A DNA stretch of 64,000 nucleotides from Yuukianura sp. NJ FZ-2021 (taxonomy: Eukaryota), in assembly GCA_046563655.1 (NCBI GenBank), contig CM102284.1:1-64000 (forward strand). Reading direction: 5' to 3'. The notes under the pieces were generated by a model. It was given only the letters and a program-made list of their open reading frames with translations. It made no database searches and was not told the origin of the DNA. A program made the position numbers and the translations under genes. Numbering within the stretch: the first letter of the stretch is position 1; each line of letters opens with the position of its first letter. Below, piece by piece: positions 1 to 11,900 of the stretch.

Positions 1-760
1 TCACGAAGCACTTCATTTCAACTCAAAATGCAAGTCAAAATTGAACTCCCAAATGGTACTCCCAATGTGGCTCCAAAATGGGATCCCAATTTGATTCAAA
101 AATGGAATTCAAAATGGGATTCCTAAATTGCACTCGAAATGGGATTCCCAAAGCCCTTCATTTCAACTCAAAATGGAAGTCGAAATGGGAATCTCAAATG
201 GAATTCCCAAATTAACTCCCAAATGGAAGTCGAAATGGGACTTCCAAATTGAAGTCCCAAATAAAAATCACAAAGCTTTCCAACTCAAAATGGAAGTCGA
301 AATGGTACTCCCAAAGCACTTCAACTGAAAAGAGATGTCCAAATGGGTCTCCAAAGTGGAATTCCCAAATTAACTCCCAAATGGAAGTCGAAATGGGAAT
401 CCCAAATGGAAGTCGAAATGGGACTCCAAAAGCACTTCACCTCAACTCAAAATGGATGTCCAAATGGGACTCCAAAATGGAAGTCGAAATGGGACTCCCA
501 AATGGTATTCCCAACTCGACTCCAAAATGCTCATCCCAATTTCACTCCAGAAATGGAGTTCCATTATTTACTCAAAAATGGAAGTCAAAATGGGTCCCCA
601 AAATGGCAGTGCAAAAGGGGGCTCCAAAATGGAAGTCAAAATGGGACTCCTAAACCCTTTCCTAGTTTTAACTCGAAATGAAGTCAAAATGGGACTCCCA
701 AATGGTATTCCGAACTCGACTCCAAAATGCTAATCCCAACTTTACTCCAAAAATGGAATT
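1..760. repeat. Degenerate minisatellite built from AAATGG-anchored 11-13 nt subunits (e.g. aaatggaagtcg / aaatgggactccc); runs off the window's left edge
   Basis: Motifs aaatggaagtcgaaatggga and ctcccaaatgg recur dozens of times; the ORFs here are only repeat translations (KWKSKW, MEVEMG). Confidence 0.9.
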
Positions 761-1284
761 CATAGCCTAACCTTTATCATTGTATACTTTAACTGCAGGT
801 ATAAACAAAGCTGTCGCATCCATTTACCCGATGAGTCGTTGCAAAGTAGTGGTGCTGAACGGACGTGTCTCAAGTTTATTCTTAAAAAAAGCAATACTGA
901 ATACTCTACCAAATTTGCGACATTTGTACCTACTGTTGGCATTTTTCTTTCAAGTTATACTAATCTTCTATATTGTTGCTCAGTTCACTCTCGTTTCATA
1001 TTATTTCGTTTTTGCCTTAAATCACAACTGTTTCACGAAATCAGTAAGCAATCATTTAGATTTTTTATTTATTATGCATTAGCTTTAGTCTTTCTTGATT
1101 GCTTTTAAATTCCTTGAGCTCTTTCAACTGCAACCATGTTTGGTTTTTTTAATGCTTGCCTTTAAACTAGAGATTTTGATTTGTTTTAGTAGCAAATACA
1201 ACTAAACCAAAAATGAACCCAATTTTTCTTTTGTTGATAGAAACACACTTTGGTAATCCATTAAGTACGCTTAACGTTTGATTG

Positions 1285-2121
1285 ATGGGCGTAACTGTTG
1301 GTAAGTTTAACAAACATTACATAACGAAAAACACCAACGTACAGACATTTTCACATCACCACACGTTGCAATTTAACCTATTACGTTTTTCTATACATTT
1401 CTTTCAGAGTTAAGCGTAACGAGAAAAGTTTTGACTGCTAAACGTGGAGTGATGTCGCACACTCCTACTTTATGTTTGGCAGGTCAGCTTACAATGGTTG
1501 ATAACCAAGAAACTATGAATGGGAACTTGATGTTAAATCCAGCTGACGGAATACTGACTTTCACTCAATGCGTTCGAGGAAGATTCTCCAAATTTGAGTT
1601 TCCGTTGTTGTCTGAAATGAAAGTGGAAAACTCAAAAAGTTTGCTATTCACTGATGGAGGACTATACTATGCGTTCGTTCCATCCCAGGATACCAACGTA
1701 GACATACAAAACTTAAACTACTTCACTGCCTTCTGCCGTCGGTTTGGACGTCATTATAATAAACTTGAAACAGTCCGTACGAATCAAATTGAGAAAATTG
1801 CATCAACGCTGAAGATTATCGTTGACAACATGATACAAACTAGGTAAAATAGTCTATGGAAATTAAATGATGTTCATACCTTCTTGCAATTTTATGCGTA
1901 AGAAATTTTTTATTTTCAGCACACTTGCCGCACAAGTCTCTCCGGAAATTCAAGCTGGAGTAAATGATTTGGTTCAGTTGATGACACAAGAAAAAGAACT
2001 AATCGAGTACGTAGGTGAACCGCAACGTGTCGTTGAAAATATTTCAAACCAGGGAGAAGGTAAAGGAGCAAAACGCCGAGCTGACAATTGTGAACTTGAA
2101 CAAAACAAACGTTCGAAGTAA
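1285..2121 (+). CDS. Orphan spliced gene (~217 aa); beta-rich N-terminal half followed by helices, basic NLS-like C-terminus (KRRADN...NKRSK)
   Basis: Exons 1285-1300, 1408-1843 and 1920-2121 join in frame through GT-AG introns (MGVTVELSVTRKVLTAKRG...IQT|STLAAQ...). Family not recognised. Confidence 0.6.
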
Positions 2122-2807
2122 GTACAAAAATTTTGTACAATTAAAATAAGGCATAAGTTTGTTAATGATACGCTTTGTTTTAAATGGTTACTGCTTTTCT
2201 GATAAGTATAATTGATTACGAATATGTTACCATAAGAAGCCACGAAACATTATTCAGTTGCTGAAAGTGTGAAACCATAGAAATAAAATTTCAATTTAAT
2301 TTAATTCAGTTTATAGCCTGCAAATAAAACAGAATTCAATATCAAAATAGCCTATTCCGGAATTTATACAAAAGTGTAGTTTGATTTTATACAGTTAGGC
2401 TAAGTTTGGACTTGCGGCAGAGGTTTCCAGATTTACATTTGGAAAAATGAAGCGATACAGTATTTTTGAATAACGTTCGTAGCAAAACTCGGTTGTCCAA
2501 CATAAACTAAAGAAAACATGGAAAAATTGGCTTCAAGAATTTCGTTCAAAATGGTCTTCATTTCTCAATTAGTTAGGGTTATGAAAAGTTTTAGAATCTT
2601 TGGATGTTTTAGAAATTAAGAAAAAATATACTTGGGAGGTGTTACATCGTACACTTTATGTATAGAATAAAGCTGTAACACCCAGTTACCACTTTAGTCG
2701 TTGCAAAGTAGTTGTAGTAAACGTACGTTTAGTAGAGACCAACAACAAGATCATTTACGGTGATGTGACAACAGATTCTCGGTATGTTAGGTTAGGTTTC
2801 TCTCCAG

Positions 2808-4388
2808 GTTATCGTTGTAACAATCTTCTCAGGTAGCGGTTCCGCTGAAGGTTATCATTTGCGAGCCGTCGAAGAGTCAAACAATCCGAAACGTCCATGC
2901 ATTTTTAAACCAATGTTTTCTTTTACCAACTCAAACACAACTGACGTTCACACTGACAATATTCTTTATTCTCTCGTATATTTTTCCTACTATCGTCATT
3001 CGCGTACTAAAGGTTGTATATCAACAGCGGTGTTTTGACAAAATTATATAAATTAAAGGGGTGAAATACAATTTCCTGTCAGTCGTCTTCCAGAAGTCTG
3101 AGAAAGGACATCTCGCTGTGGAGAGAAAAATTTGTCGACAAATTTCTGAGTTTTTTGTATCAACGAGTTCATTTACATTCAAAAAGTCAATGTCTTCAAA
3201 GGAATCAACTACAACTGAGGTAAGATTTTGAAGGAGTAAATTTTCAAACCATATTGTAAGGCTTGCACCACAAATTCGTTGTGCATGCAAGGGGTCTCGG
3301 TCACGGTAGTGTGGCAGAAAAAAGGAGAACTACATGTTATCAGCAAAATTAAGGCTCAGAACTGATATCTCATCGGAGAATTACAGCTTGGGCGATACCG
3401 CTCGGTTTTCAACTACCAATAACCACTTAACATTCGTAGTAGGAAATTGAAAGATCTCGCCCCAACTTCACTGCTCCGATCACATATATCAATTCTGAGG
3501 CTTTATTTTGCTGACAACTAGTAGTTCTCCTTTTTTCCGCCAGACTAGAGTGACCGAGACCCCTTACATGTACACCGAACGAACTTTTTGTGAAATCCTG
3601 CCTTAGCAGGTAATATTGTCAGAAATATTTGGTCAGAAGTGAAATGATCAGGAGTGAAAAGGTCAGAATTCAAAACATCTCAGGTTAGGTTTGGTTACGT
3701 TCCTTCATTTCCTGATCTTTTTTATGTGATCATTTCACTTTTGATCTTTTCACTTTCTGACCAAATCACATGGAACCAATCCTGCAAATTGTATGTTATA
3801 TGCAACCCAATCCAACATAACACACGCTTATTTACATAGGATCTGGTTTTGGTGGGACAACTGATGATGTTTGTTCAATATTCAGAGTTGATGAAGGAAA
3901 CTGGCGTTGGGAAACAAATATTGGGAAATGTATCCGATGAGGAGGTAAATACATTATACACGTTCTACTAACAATCATATTCATAGTCATTATTAATTTT
4001 CATATAGATCAAACAAATGGCCTCCACCATTGTAGAAAGAGAGAGAACAACTGGTTTCACAATGGACATGCCCGATCCGGATTCTAATTTCATTGATGAT
4101 GTAATACGACACATTTCATTTGTAGTTTCAACGATTTTACATTTATATTATTGTTTAACCAATTTCCACTTTACTTTGTATTAGATGTCAGCAATTGCCA
4201 ACACCACGACTGCTAAAGAGTTTTTTAAAACTCTAACGCACGCAATCGCAAATCAATACTACAACCTTATGGAACTTATGAAGGCATTCGGAGAGGTTTC
4301 ACCACAAGTAGAACCCTTTACGAAGTTTTTTTTTCCGGCTTTGGAATCAATGATGGTGATTACTGATGCCTTGTTCAATCAGCTTTAG
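2808..4388 (+). CDS. Orphan spliced gene, 5' end not resolved
   Basis: Exons 2808-3012, 3083-3219, 3840-3944, 4008-4100 and 4185-4388 are phase-compatible with no stops (...DLVLVGQLMMFVQYSELMKE...|IKQMASTIVERE...|MSAIANTTTAKEFF...NQL*). No convincing upstream start exon was found. Confidence 0.55.
3258..3605. mobile_element. Foldback/MITE-like inverted-repeat element, possibly nested, in the long intron of the 2808-4388 gene
   Basis: aaggggtctcggtcac (~3289) is matched by gtgaccgagacccctt (~3550-3565). The imperfect inverted repeat extends ~90 bp inward, and weakly outward to taaggc/gcctta. Confidence 0.75.
3628..3766. repeat. Short imperfect palindromic element with a central ggttaggtttggtt spacer
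   Basis: tggtcagaagtgaaatgatca... is mirrored by ...tgatcatttcactt...ttctgacca. Confidence 0.55.
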
Positions 4389-4681
4389 CCTAAATTGTTT
4401 GAATGAATGAATTATTGTAGAAACTTTACTACATGCATTTACTAACTTTGTATTAAACATGTTTTCACGCTTTAAAATTGGAATAAGGCTTCAAATTTTT
4501 TGTTATAGTTTTTGTCAAGAAACCTTGCGCACAGTAGACACTCCATTCCGTTTGTAATTGGGTTCGTGACAATTACTTTTACAAGATTTTTCAACGTGTG
4601 AGGTTGCTCAGTATACGAGACCGATGAACGAGACCTAACCTGCTTCGGAATCAATTAACTATTGGTATACTTTGTAATACA

Positions 4682-5959
4682 TAAGGGACTGGTAAATTCT
4701 CCGTTTACGGAGAGTTTTTGAACGGAGATGGTCCACAAGCGGAACCTTTTCGTTCCGTACCAAACTTTCACTCTCCGTCTCCGTCTCCGTTACGGAGATT
4801 CTAACGAAGAAAAGCCCAACTCTCCGGCCGATCTTCGTTCACTTTTTACATGAGCGTCGCTCGCATCCCCGGCAGAAAATACGACATGTAGGCATCGGCT
4901 AATGACGAAATATGACCCCTGGTGACATTAATGTCAACGCCGCTATTTTGAAAATTATTACTTATTAATTTCAATTGACATATCTTCCTAACGATTGCAC
5001 GGAGTGCAGTAGAACTTGAATAATAACAGTAACACCTAGGTTTGTTGACAAATTACGACATCCGATGGTCCCCGCCGCCATGTTGAAATTTTATGCAAAC
5101 GGGTTTTTAGCGCTTTTACGGTAGTTTTATAGCAATTTTTTCCAGGAGTGGACCAAACGATGACTTGCCTAGAATCGACAAATAAATGTCACCCTACGGT
5201 CGCCGTCGCCATCTTTAATGTCGCCCAAAGACACTGTTTAGCACCTCTTGCGGGATATGCTTCAAATACCCTACATAAACATACCAAAAGCTTGCAAAAC
5301 TGGTTGTGACGACAAATTAAGACCATTGAATGTCGCCAGCGCCATCTTCGAATTTTTTGCTGCCGTTCAAATGCGAAAATTTGCACATATTTTTTAAAGT
5401 GCTGAGAAAAGTGATGGACTAATGAGGGCAATGCGAGAAAAAAAATCCAAGATGGCGCTGGCGACCGTCCTCGCCATTTTTGGATGTTCGATCAGCTTAT
5501 AGTTATTCTACTATTCTTAAGCTTTTCGCTGTTATAAACCACAACCACTAACCTAACCACGAAAAAGCGTTATAAATTAATCCTTCCTCAATGGCGACAT
5601 TCACAATGGCGGCGACGACCGGTGACCTATGCAGGAGTTCGTTGGCAATAGTAGTTGCCTGACTGGTTTCATTAATAAACTGTTACAACCTACTGTACAT
5701 CTATTATTACAACGGCGGCGAAATTCAAAATGGCGGCGGTGACCATCGAAAAGACTTGTCGTCCGTCAAAAATTTTAACGACAACTGTTCTACATCGACG
5801 CAATTTCGTACAAGTCGTATTTTTCTGAAAAGTCTAGGATTCTCCGTTTCCTTATTTACGTGAAAATTACCACTGCATTTAAAGACAAACGGAGATGAAT
5901 AGACGGAGCGGAACATCTTCGTCCAAAACTCTTCGTAAACGAAGAATTTACCACTCTCT
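4682..5959. mobile_element. Non-autonomous DNA transposon (~1.28 kb) with ~45-bp imperfect TIRs
   Basis: Left end taagggactggtaaattctccgtttacggagagttttt matches the reverse complement of the right end, tagagagtggtaaattcttcgtttacgaagagtttt. The interior has many gccat/atggc motifs. No TSD or transposase was seen. Confidence 0.7.
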
Positions 5960-6785
5960 ATAGTCCGGGAAAGTGTAATCAATGTTCGCAGAACATTCTT
6001 TATCACAGAGCTACAGCAACGTAAAGTGCATTTGTTTCTACCTCAACTTGAGTCAACGTTTCAGTTTTTGAACATTACGTCAAAGCTTTAACATATACAT
6101 TAGTTTCGCAACATCCTCACACATGATTAGTCTCTACAAAGCTGTCGTGCTGAACGGACGTCTCCTACGTTTATTCTTCCACAAATATTGCCTTCCTTGA
6201 TTACTCGCTGCAACGTCGTTGTGTTGAGCGGCCGAGTGCAAAACATATAGAACAACATTTGCCTTGTTGAGAAAAAAAGGTAGGTCAAATTACTGAAACT
6301 ATCTACCAAAATTGCGGACAATAGTTAGAGCTAATGTTTCTTATTGTTACATTTGTGTCATTTCCAACAGCATCATCTCTAACGTTTCCTGTTTTTCATC
6401 CTGCTCCACTTCACATGGTTTCATTTTGATCCATTTAGTAAGCTCGTATTTTGTTTATACATTACTTTTTTCGTTGTTACCTTCTTTTCCGCTTATATGC
6501 TTCTCTCTGTTGGAGTATAATTTTACACCTCTATCTGCTTTTGCAAGCTTTTAAACTTGAAAATTTTAATACATACGGTAGGGGATTGAACATGCTAAAT
6601 CTTTTGAAATCTCAACATTGTCAACACCAACATTTTTACTGTTGCTAGTATGAGAATGGCGCTGGCATATATTTCATTGTGACTACCAATGTAATTTCCA
6701 CCATGGTAACAACATTGCTTCTACATTTATTTCACATTAAATTTGCATTTATATACTTTGTGCAACTTTTTATTTAAACAAACCA

Positions 6786-7492
6786 ATGCCAATAGGTATG
6801 CTCAATAAGGAGACGTTGATTGAACGCGCTGACGACACAATGAAACTAATTCAACATATGCGAGATACACACCCTGTCTTTTACAACTCAGCGATACGTC
6901 TAGTTAAGAAGTCCTTCATTGTTGGCGGAGTTGGAATTGTTGGAGTAACGGGGTACAACGTTAAGGGGTTTCTCAACGATTTGCACAACAAGATTGAGAT
7001 TCCTATTACGTATGAACGTTTTTCATAACAACTTACCACTACTTCAGCCTCATTGGTACACAGCTTTTACGTGCTACTTGTTCTTTAAACAGCAACGAAA
7101 TTCATACTCTTGCAACCCAATGGGAAAACAAATGGAGTCAATTGGACGCCAAATGGAGCAACCTTTCGAATCATTGGGAAACCAAATTCAACAATTTCGA
7201 CAACAAGGTAAGACTAACGTATGAAATGTTGTTAACAGTACACTGCAACTGTAGTCGCTTAACTTGCGCATGTTTGTAACAGATTAACATCTTGGAAGTC
7301 AAGAATAAGCAAAACTCAGACGAGCTCAAAATGGAGCTCAACAAAGCCATTGAAGAACTACGCAAAGACTTGGCGTCGCTTGAAAATCAAATTGGCTCTA
7401 CTTCCGCTACCAACCGTGGAACGCAACCAAAACAAGTCATTGCAAATGTTCGAACGTTTTTCGACTATGCAACGCAATGGTTCCGCAATTAA
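6786..7492 (+). CDS. Orphan spliced gene (~182 aa) with a Gly-rich hydrophobic segment followed by a coiled coil
   Basis: Exons 6786-7009, 7093-7207 and 7283-7492 join in frame (FIVGGVGIVGVTG; TQWENKWSQLDAKWSNLSNHWETKF; ELKMELNKAIEELRKDLASLENQI). Confidence 0.65.
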
Positions 7493-7629
7493 AGAGGCCC
7501 TTCCACACATCTTTGATTTACTATTCCACATTATCCTTTATGTAACAAGTGAAACGTAACATATAGCTTAAGCTACATCTTGGAACCACATGCGCCTAAC
7601 ATTCACAGCAATTTGTTCCCCTGTAAATA

Positions 7630-8790
7630 TAGTTTTTTCCCACGGTAATTTTTTTAAAAGGTTCATTTTTTTTCAAAGTTCATTTTAGTTTTTTCACGCT
7701 CAGTTTTTTCCCACACTCGTTTCTCTTTCAAAGTTCATTTTGTTTTCCCACATTCATTTTTTTCTTCCAAGTTCATTTTACTGTCCCATGTTCAATTTCT
7801 TCCGACGTTGAGCATTAGTTAAAAGTTCAATTTATTTTCCCACCGTCATTTTTCGCCACCTTCATTTTTCCCAATAGTCATTTTTTTTCAGAGTCCATTT
7901 TATATCCCCACCTTCACCATTTTCCCACAGTCATTTTCCCCCAACGTCATTTTTGTTAAAAAGTTCATTTTATTTTCTCATGCTCCATTTTTTTTCACCT
8001 TCATTTGTTTCCCACAGTCATTTTTTTTCCAAAGTTTATTTTATTTTCCCATAATCATTTTTTGTCCACACTCATTTTTTTTCGAAATTCACTTTATTCT
8101 CCCACACAGTGGGGCAGAATCAAAAATAACACGCCACGGTTGTTAGGGGAAACGTTAAGCTAATTTTTGCAATTACATTAAAAATGAATGCACAAATCGG
8201 GATTTACTAAGATCGAAATCTCCGAAATTCTCTGGAACGCACAGGTAAGCTAGATATTGGAATAAAAACTAGACACCATGACGTACCAAGTCCGACCACC
8301 ACTTGGCACCACTATGCCATTTTACTATTTTTAACCGATTTTTGAATTTGGGCTAAAATTGTGTCTATGAGGGGTAACCTAGGTCACCACGCATAAAAAT
8401 TGAAAGCGCTCAATGTTTACAGTTGCTATGTCGACAATTTAGCAACTGTTTCGCCTCCATAATTGTGTATTTTGCAAAAAGTAATTTGTTTCCCCCGAAA
8501 CACTTGTCGTTGTTTGTACGACTCGACCCCACTGTGTCCCACCATCAATTTTTTTTCCAAAGTTCAATTTTGTTTCCCATATTCATTTTTTTCCACAGCC
8601 ATTTTTTTTCGAAGGTCATTTTATTTTCCCATAATCATTTCTTTCCGCAGTCATTTCTTGTCAAAGTTCACTTTATTCTCCCACCTTCAATTTTTTCCCT
8701 CCGTTATTTCCTAGCAGTCCTTTTATATTGCAAAGTTAATTACATCTTCAAACTGAATTTTTTTTCTATAAGTTCATGTTTTTAAACATG
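7630..8790. repeat. T-rich degenerate minisatellite (aagttcattttattttcccac / gtcattttt variants), interrupted by a Transib element
   Basis: Recurrent ttcatttt and ttttcccac units on both sides of 8105-8536. Confidence 0.75.
8105..8536. mobile_element. Non-autonomous Transib DNA transposon (432 bp)
   Basis: Termini CACAGTGGGG...CCCCACTGTG with a perfect 5-bp TSD tccca (8100-8104 and 8537-8541). CAC termini plus a 5-bp TSD are the Transib signature. Confidence 0.85.
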
Positions 8791-8937
8791 TTCAGAATCT
8801 CCATGCAGTGTTATATTTGCATGATTCTGCGCTAGAAAGGCCATTGCCAGAAGTTTGCGCGTGTTTGACATTTTAGAAAATGTTGCATTACAGAGTTCGT
8901 TGTTGGGCGTTTGAGATATGTCCAAAAGCTCTATAAA

Positions 8938-11900
8938 GGTTTTTGTTCAATTTGTTCCTTTTGAGCTGCATGAGGCGATCTCTGAGGGTTTTTGTTCAAT
9001 TTGTTCCTTTTGAGCTGCATGAGGCGATCTCTGAGGGTTTTTGTTCAATTTGTTCCTTTTGAGCTGCATGAGGCGATCTCTGAGGGTTTTTGTTCAATTT
9101 GTTCCTTTTGAGCTGCATGAGGCGATCTCTGAGGGTTTTTGTTCAATTTGTTCCTTTTGAGCTGCATGAGGCGATCTCTGAGGGTTTTTGTTCAATTTGT
9201 TCCTTTTGAGCTGCATGAGGCGATCTCTGAGGGTTTTTGTTCAATTTGTTCCTTTTGAGCTGCATGAGGCGATCTCTGAGGGTTTTTGTTCAATTTGTTC
9301 CTTTTGAGCTGCATGAGGCGATCTCTGAGGGTTTTTGTTCAATTTGTTCCTTTTGAGCTGCATGAGGCGATCTCTGAGGGTTTTTGTTCAATTTGTTCCT
9401 TTTGAGCTGCATGAGGCGATCTCTGAGGGTTTTTGTTCAATTTGTTCCTTTTGAGCTGCATGAGGCGATCTCTGAGGGTTTTTGTTCAATTTGTTCCTTT
9501 TGAGCTGCATGAGGCGATCTCTGAGGGTTTTTGTTCAATTTGTTCCTTTTGAGCTGCATGAGGCGATCTCTGAGGGTTTTTGTTCAATTTGTTCCTTTTG
9601 AGCTGCATGAGGCGATCTCTGAGGGTTTTTGTTCAATTTGTTCCTTTTGAGCTGCATGAGGCGATCTCTGAGGGTTTTTGTTCAATTTGTTCCTTTTGAG
9701 CTGCATGAGGCGATCTCTGAGGGTTTTTGTTCAATTTGTTCCTTTTGAGCTGCATGAGGCGATCTCTGAGGGTTTTTGTTCAATTTGTTCCTTTTGAGCT
9801 GCATGAGGCGATCTCTGAGGGTTTTTGTTCAATTTGTTCCTTTTGAGCTGCATGAGGCGATCTCTGAGGGTTTTTGTTCAATTTGTTCCTTTTGAGCTGC
9901 ATGAGGCGATCTCTGAGGGTTTTTGTTCAATTTGTTCCTTTTGAGCTGCATGAGGCGATCTCTGAGGGTTTTTGTTCAATTTGTTCCTTTTGAGCTGCAT
10001 GAGGCGATCTCTGAGGGTTTTTGTTCAATTTGTTCCTTTTGAGCTGCATGAGGCGATCTCTGAGGGTTTTTGTTCAATTTGTTCCTTTTGAGCTGCATGA
10101 GGCGATCTCTGAGGGTTTTTGTTCAATTTGTTCCTTTTGAGCTGCATGAGGCGATCTCTGAGGGTTTTTGTTCAATTTGTTCCTTTTGAGCTGCATGAGG
10201 CGATCTCTGAGGGTTTTTGTTCAATTTGTTCCTTTTGAGCTGCATGAGGCGATCTCTGAGGGTTTTTGTTCAATTTGTTCCTTTTGAGCTGCATGAGGCG
10301 ATCTCTGAGGGTTTTTGTTCAATTTGTTCCTTTTGAGCTGCATGAGGCGATCTCTGAGGGTTTTTGTTCAATTTGTTCCTTTTGAGCTGCATGAGGCGAT
10401 CTCTGAGGGTTTTTGTTCAATTTGTTCCTTTTGAGCTGCATGAGGCGATCTCTGAGGGTTTTTGTTCAATTTGTTCCTTTTGAGCTGCATGAGGCGATCT
10501 CTGAGGGTTTTTGTTCAATTTGTTCCTTTTGAGCTGCATGAGGCGATCTCTGAGGGTTTTTGTTCAATTTGTTCCTTTTGAGCTGCATGAGGCGATCTCT
10601 GAGGGTTTTTGTTCAATTTGTTCCTTTTGAGCTGCATGAGGCGATCTCTGAGGGTTTTTGTTCAATTTGTTCCTTTTGAGCTGCATGAGGCGATCTCTGA
10701 GGGTTTTTGTTCAATTTGTTCCTTTTGAGCTGCATGAGGCGATCTCTGAGGGTTTTTGTTCAATTTGTTCCTTTTGAGCTGCATGAGGCGATCTCTGAGG
10801 GTTTTTGTTCAATTTGTTCCTTTTGAGCTGCATGAGGCGATCTCTGAGGGTTTTTGTTCAATTTGTTCCTTTTGAGCTGCATGAGGCGATCTCTGAGGGT
10901 TTTTGTTCAATTTGTTCCTTTTGAGCTGCATGAGGCGATCTCTGAGGGTTTTTGTTCAATTTGTTCCTTTTGAGCTGCATGAGGCGATCTCTGAGGGTTT
11001 TTGTTCAATTTGTTCCTTTTGAGCTGCATGAGGCGATCTCTGAGGGTTTTTGTTCAATTTGTTCCTTTTGAGCTGCATGAGGCGATCTCTGAGGGTTTTT
11101 GTTCAATTTGTTCCTTTTGAGCTGCATGAGGCGATCTCTGAGGGTTTTTGTTCAATTTGTTCCTTTTGAGCTGCATGAGGCGATCTCTGAGGGTTTTTGT
11201 TCAATTTGTTCCTTTTGAGCTGCATGAGGCGATCTCTGAGGGTTTTTGTTCAATTTGTTCCTTTTGAGCTGCATGAGGCGATCTCTGAGGGTTTTTGTTC
11301 AATTTGTTCCTTTTGAGCTGCATGAGGCGATCTCTGAGGGTTTTTGTTCAATTTGTTCCTTTTGAGCTGCATGAGGCGATCTCTGAGGGTTTTTGTTCAA
11401 TTTGTTCCTTTTGAGCTGCATGAGGCGATCTCTGAGGGTTTTTGTTCAATTTGTTCCTTTTGAGCTGCATGAGGCGATCTCTGAGGGTTTTTGTTCAATT
11501 TGTTCCTTTTGAGCTGCATGAGGCGATCTCTGAGGGTTTTTGTTCAATTTGTTCCTTTTGAGCTGCATGAGGCGATCTCTGAGGGTTTTTGTTCAATTTG
11601 TTCCTTTTGAGCTGCATGAGGCGATCTCTGAGGGTTTTTGTTCAATTTGTTCCTTTTGAGCTGCATGAGGCGATCTCTGAGGGTTTTTGTTCAATTTGTT
11701 CCTTTTGAGCTGCATGAGGCGATCTCTGAGGGTTTTTGTTCAATTTGTTCCTTTTGAGCTGCATGAGGCGATCTCTGAGGGTTTTTGTTCAATTTGTTCC
11801 TTTTGAGCTGCATGAGGCGATCTCTGAGGGTTTTTGTTCAATTTGTTCCTTTTGAGCTGCATGAGGCGATCTCTGAGGGTTTTTGTTCAATTTGTTCCTT

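Noticed and set aside
128-733. KWKSKW / MEVEMG repeat proteins
   Set aside because: All three frames are open because of the minisatellite, and there is no splice or start context.
830-865. Type IA topoisomerase motif (PFTTSTLQ-like)
   Set aside because: Only a short resemblance; no flanking topoisomerase sequence and the surrounding frames contain stops.
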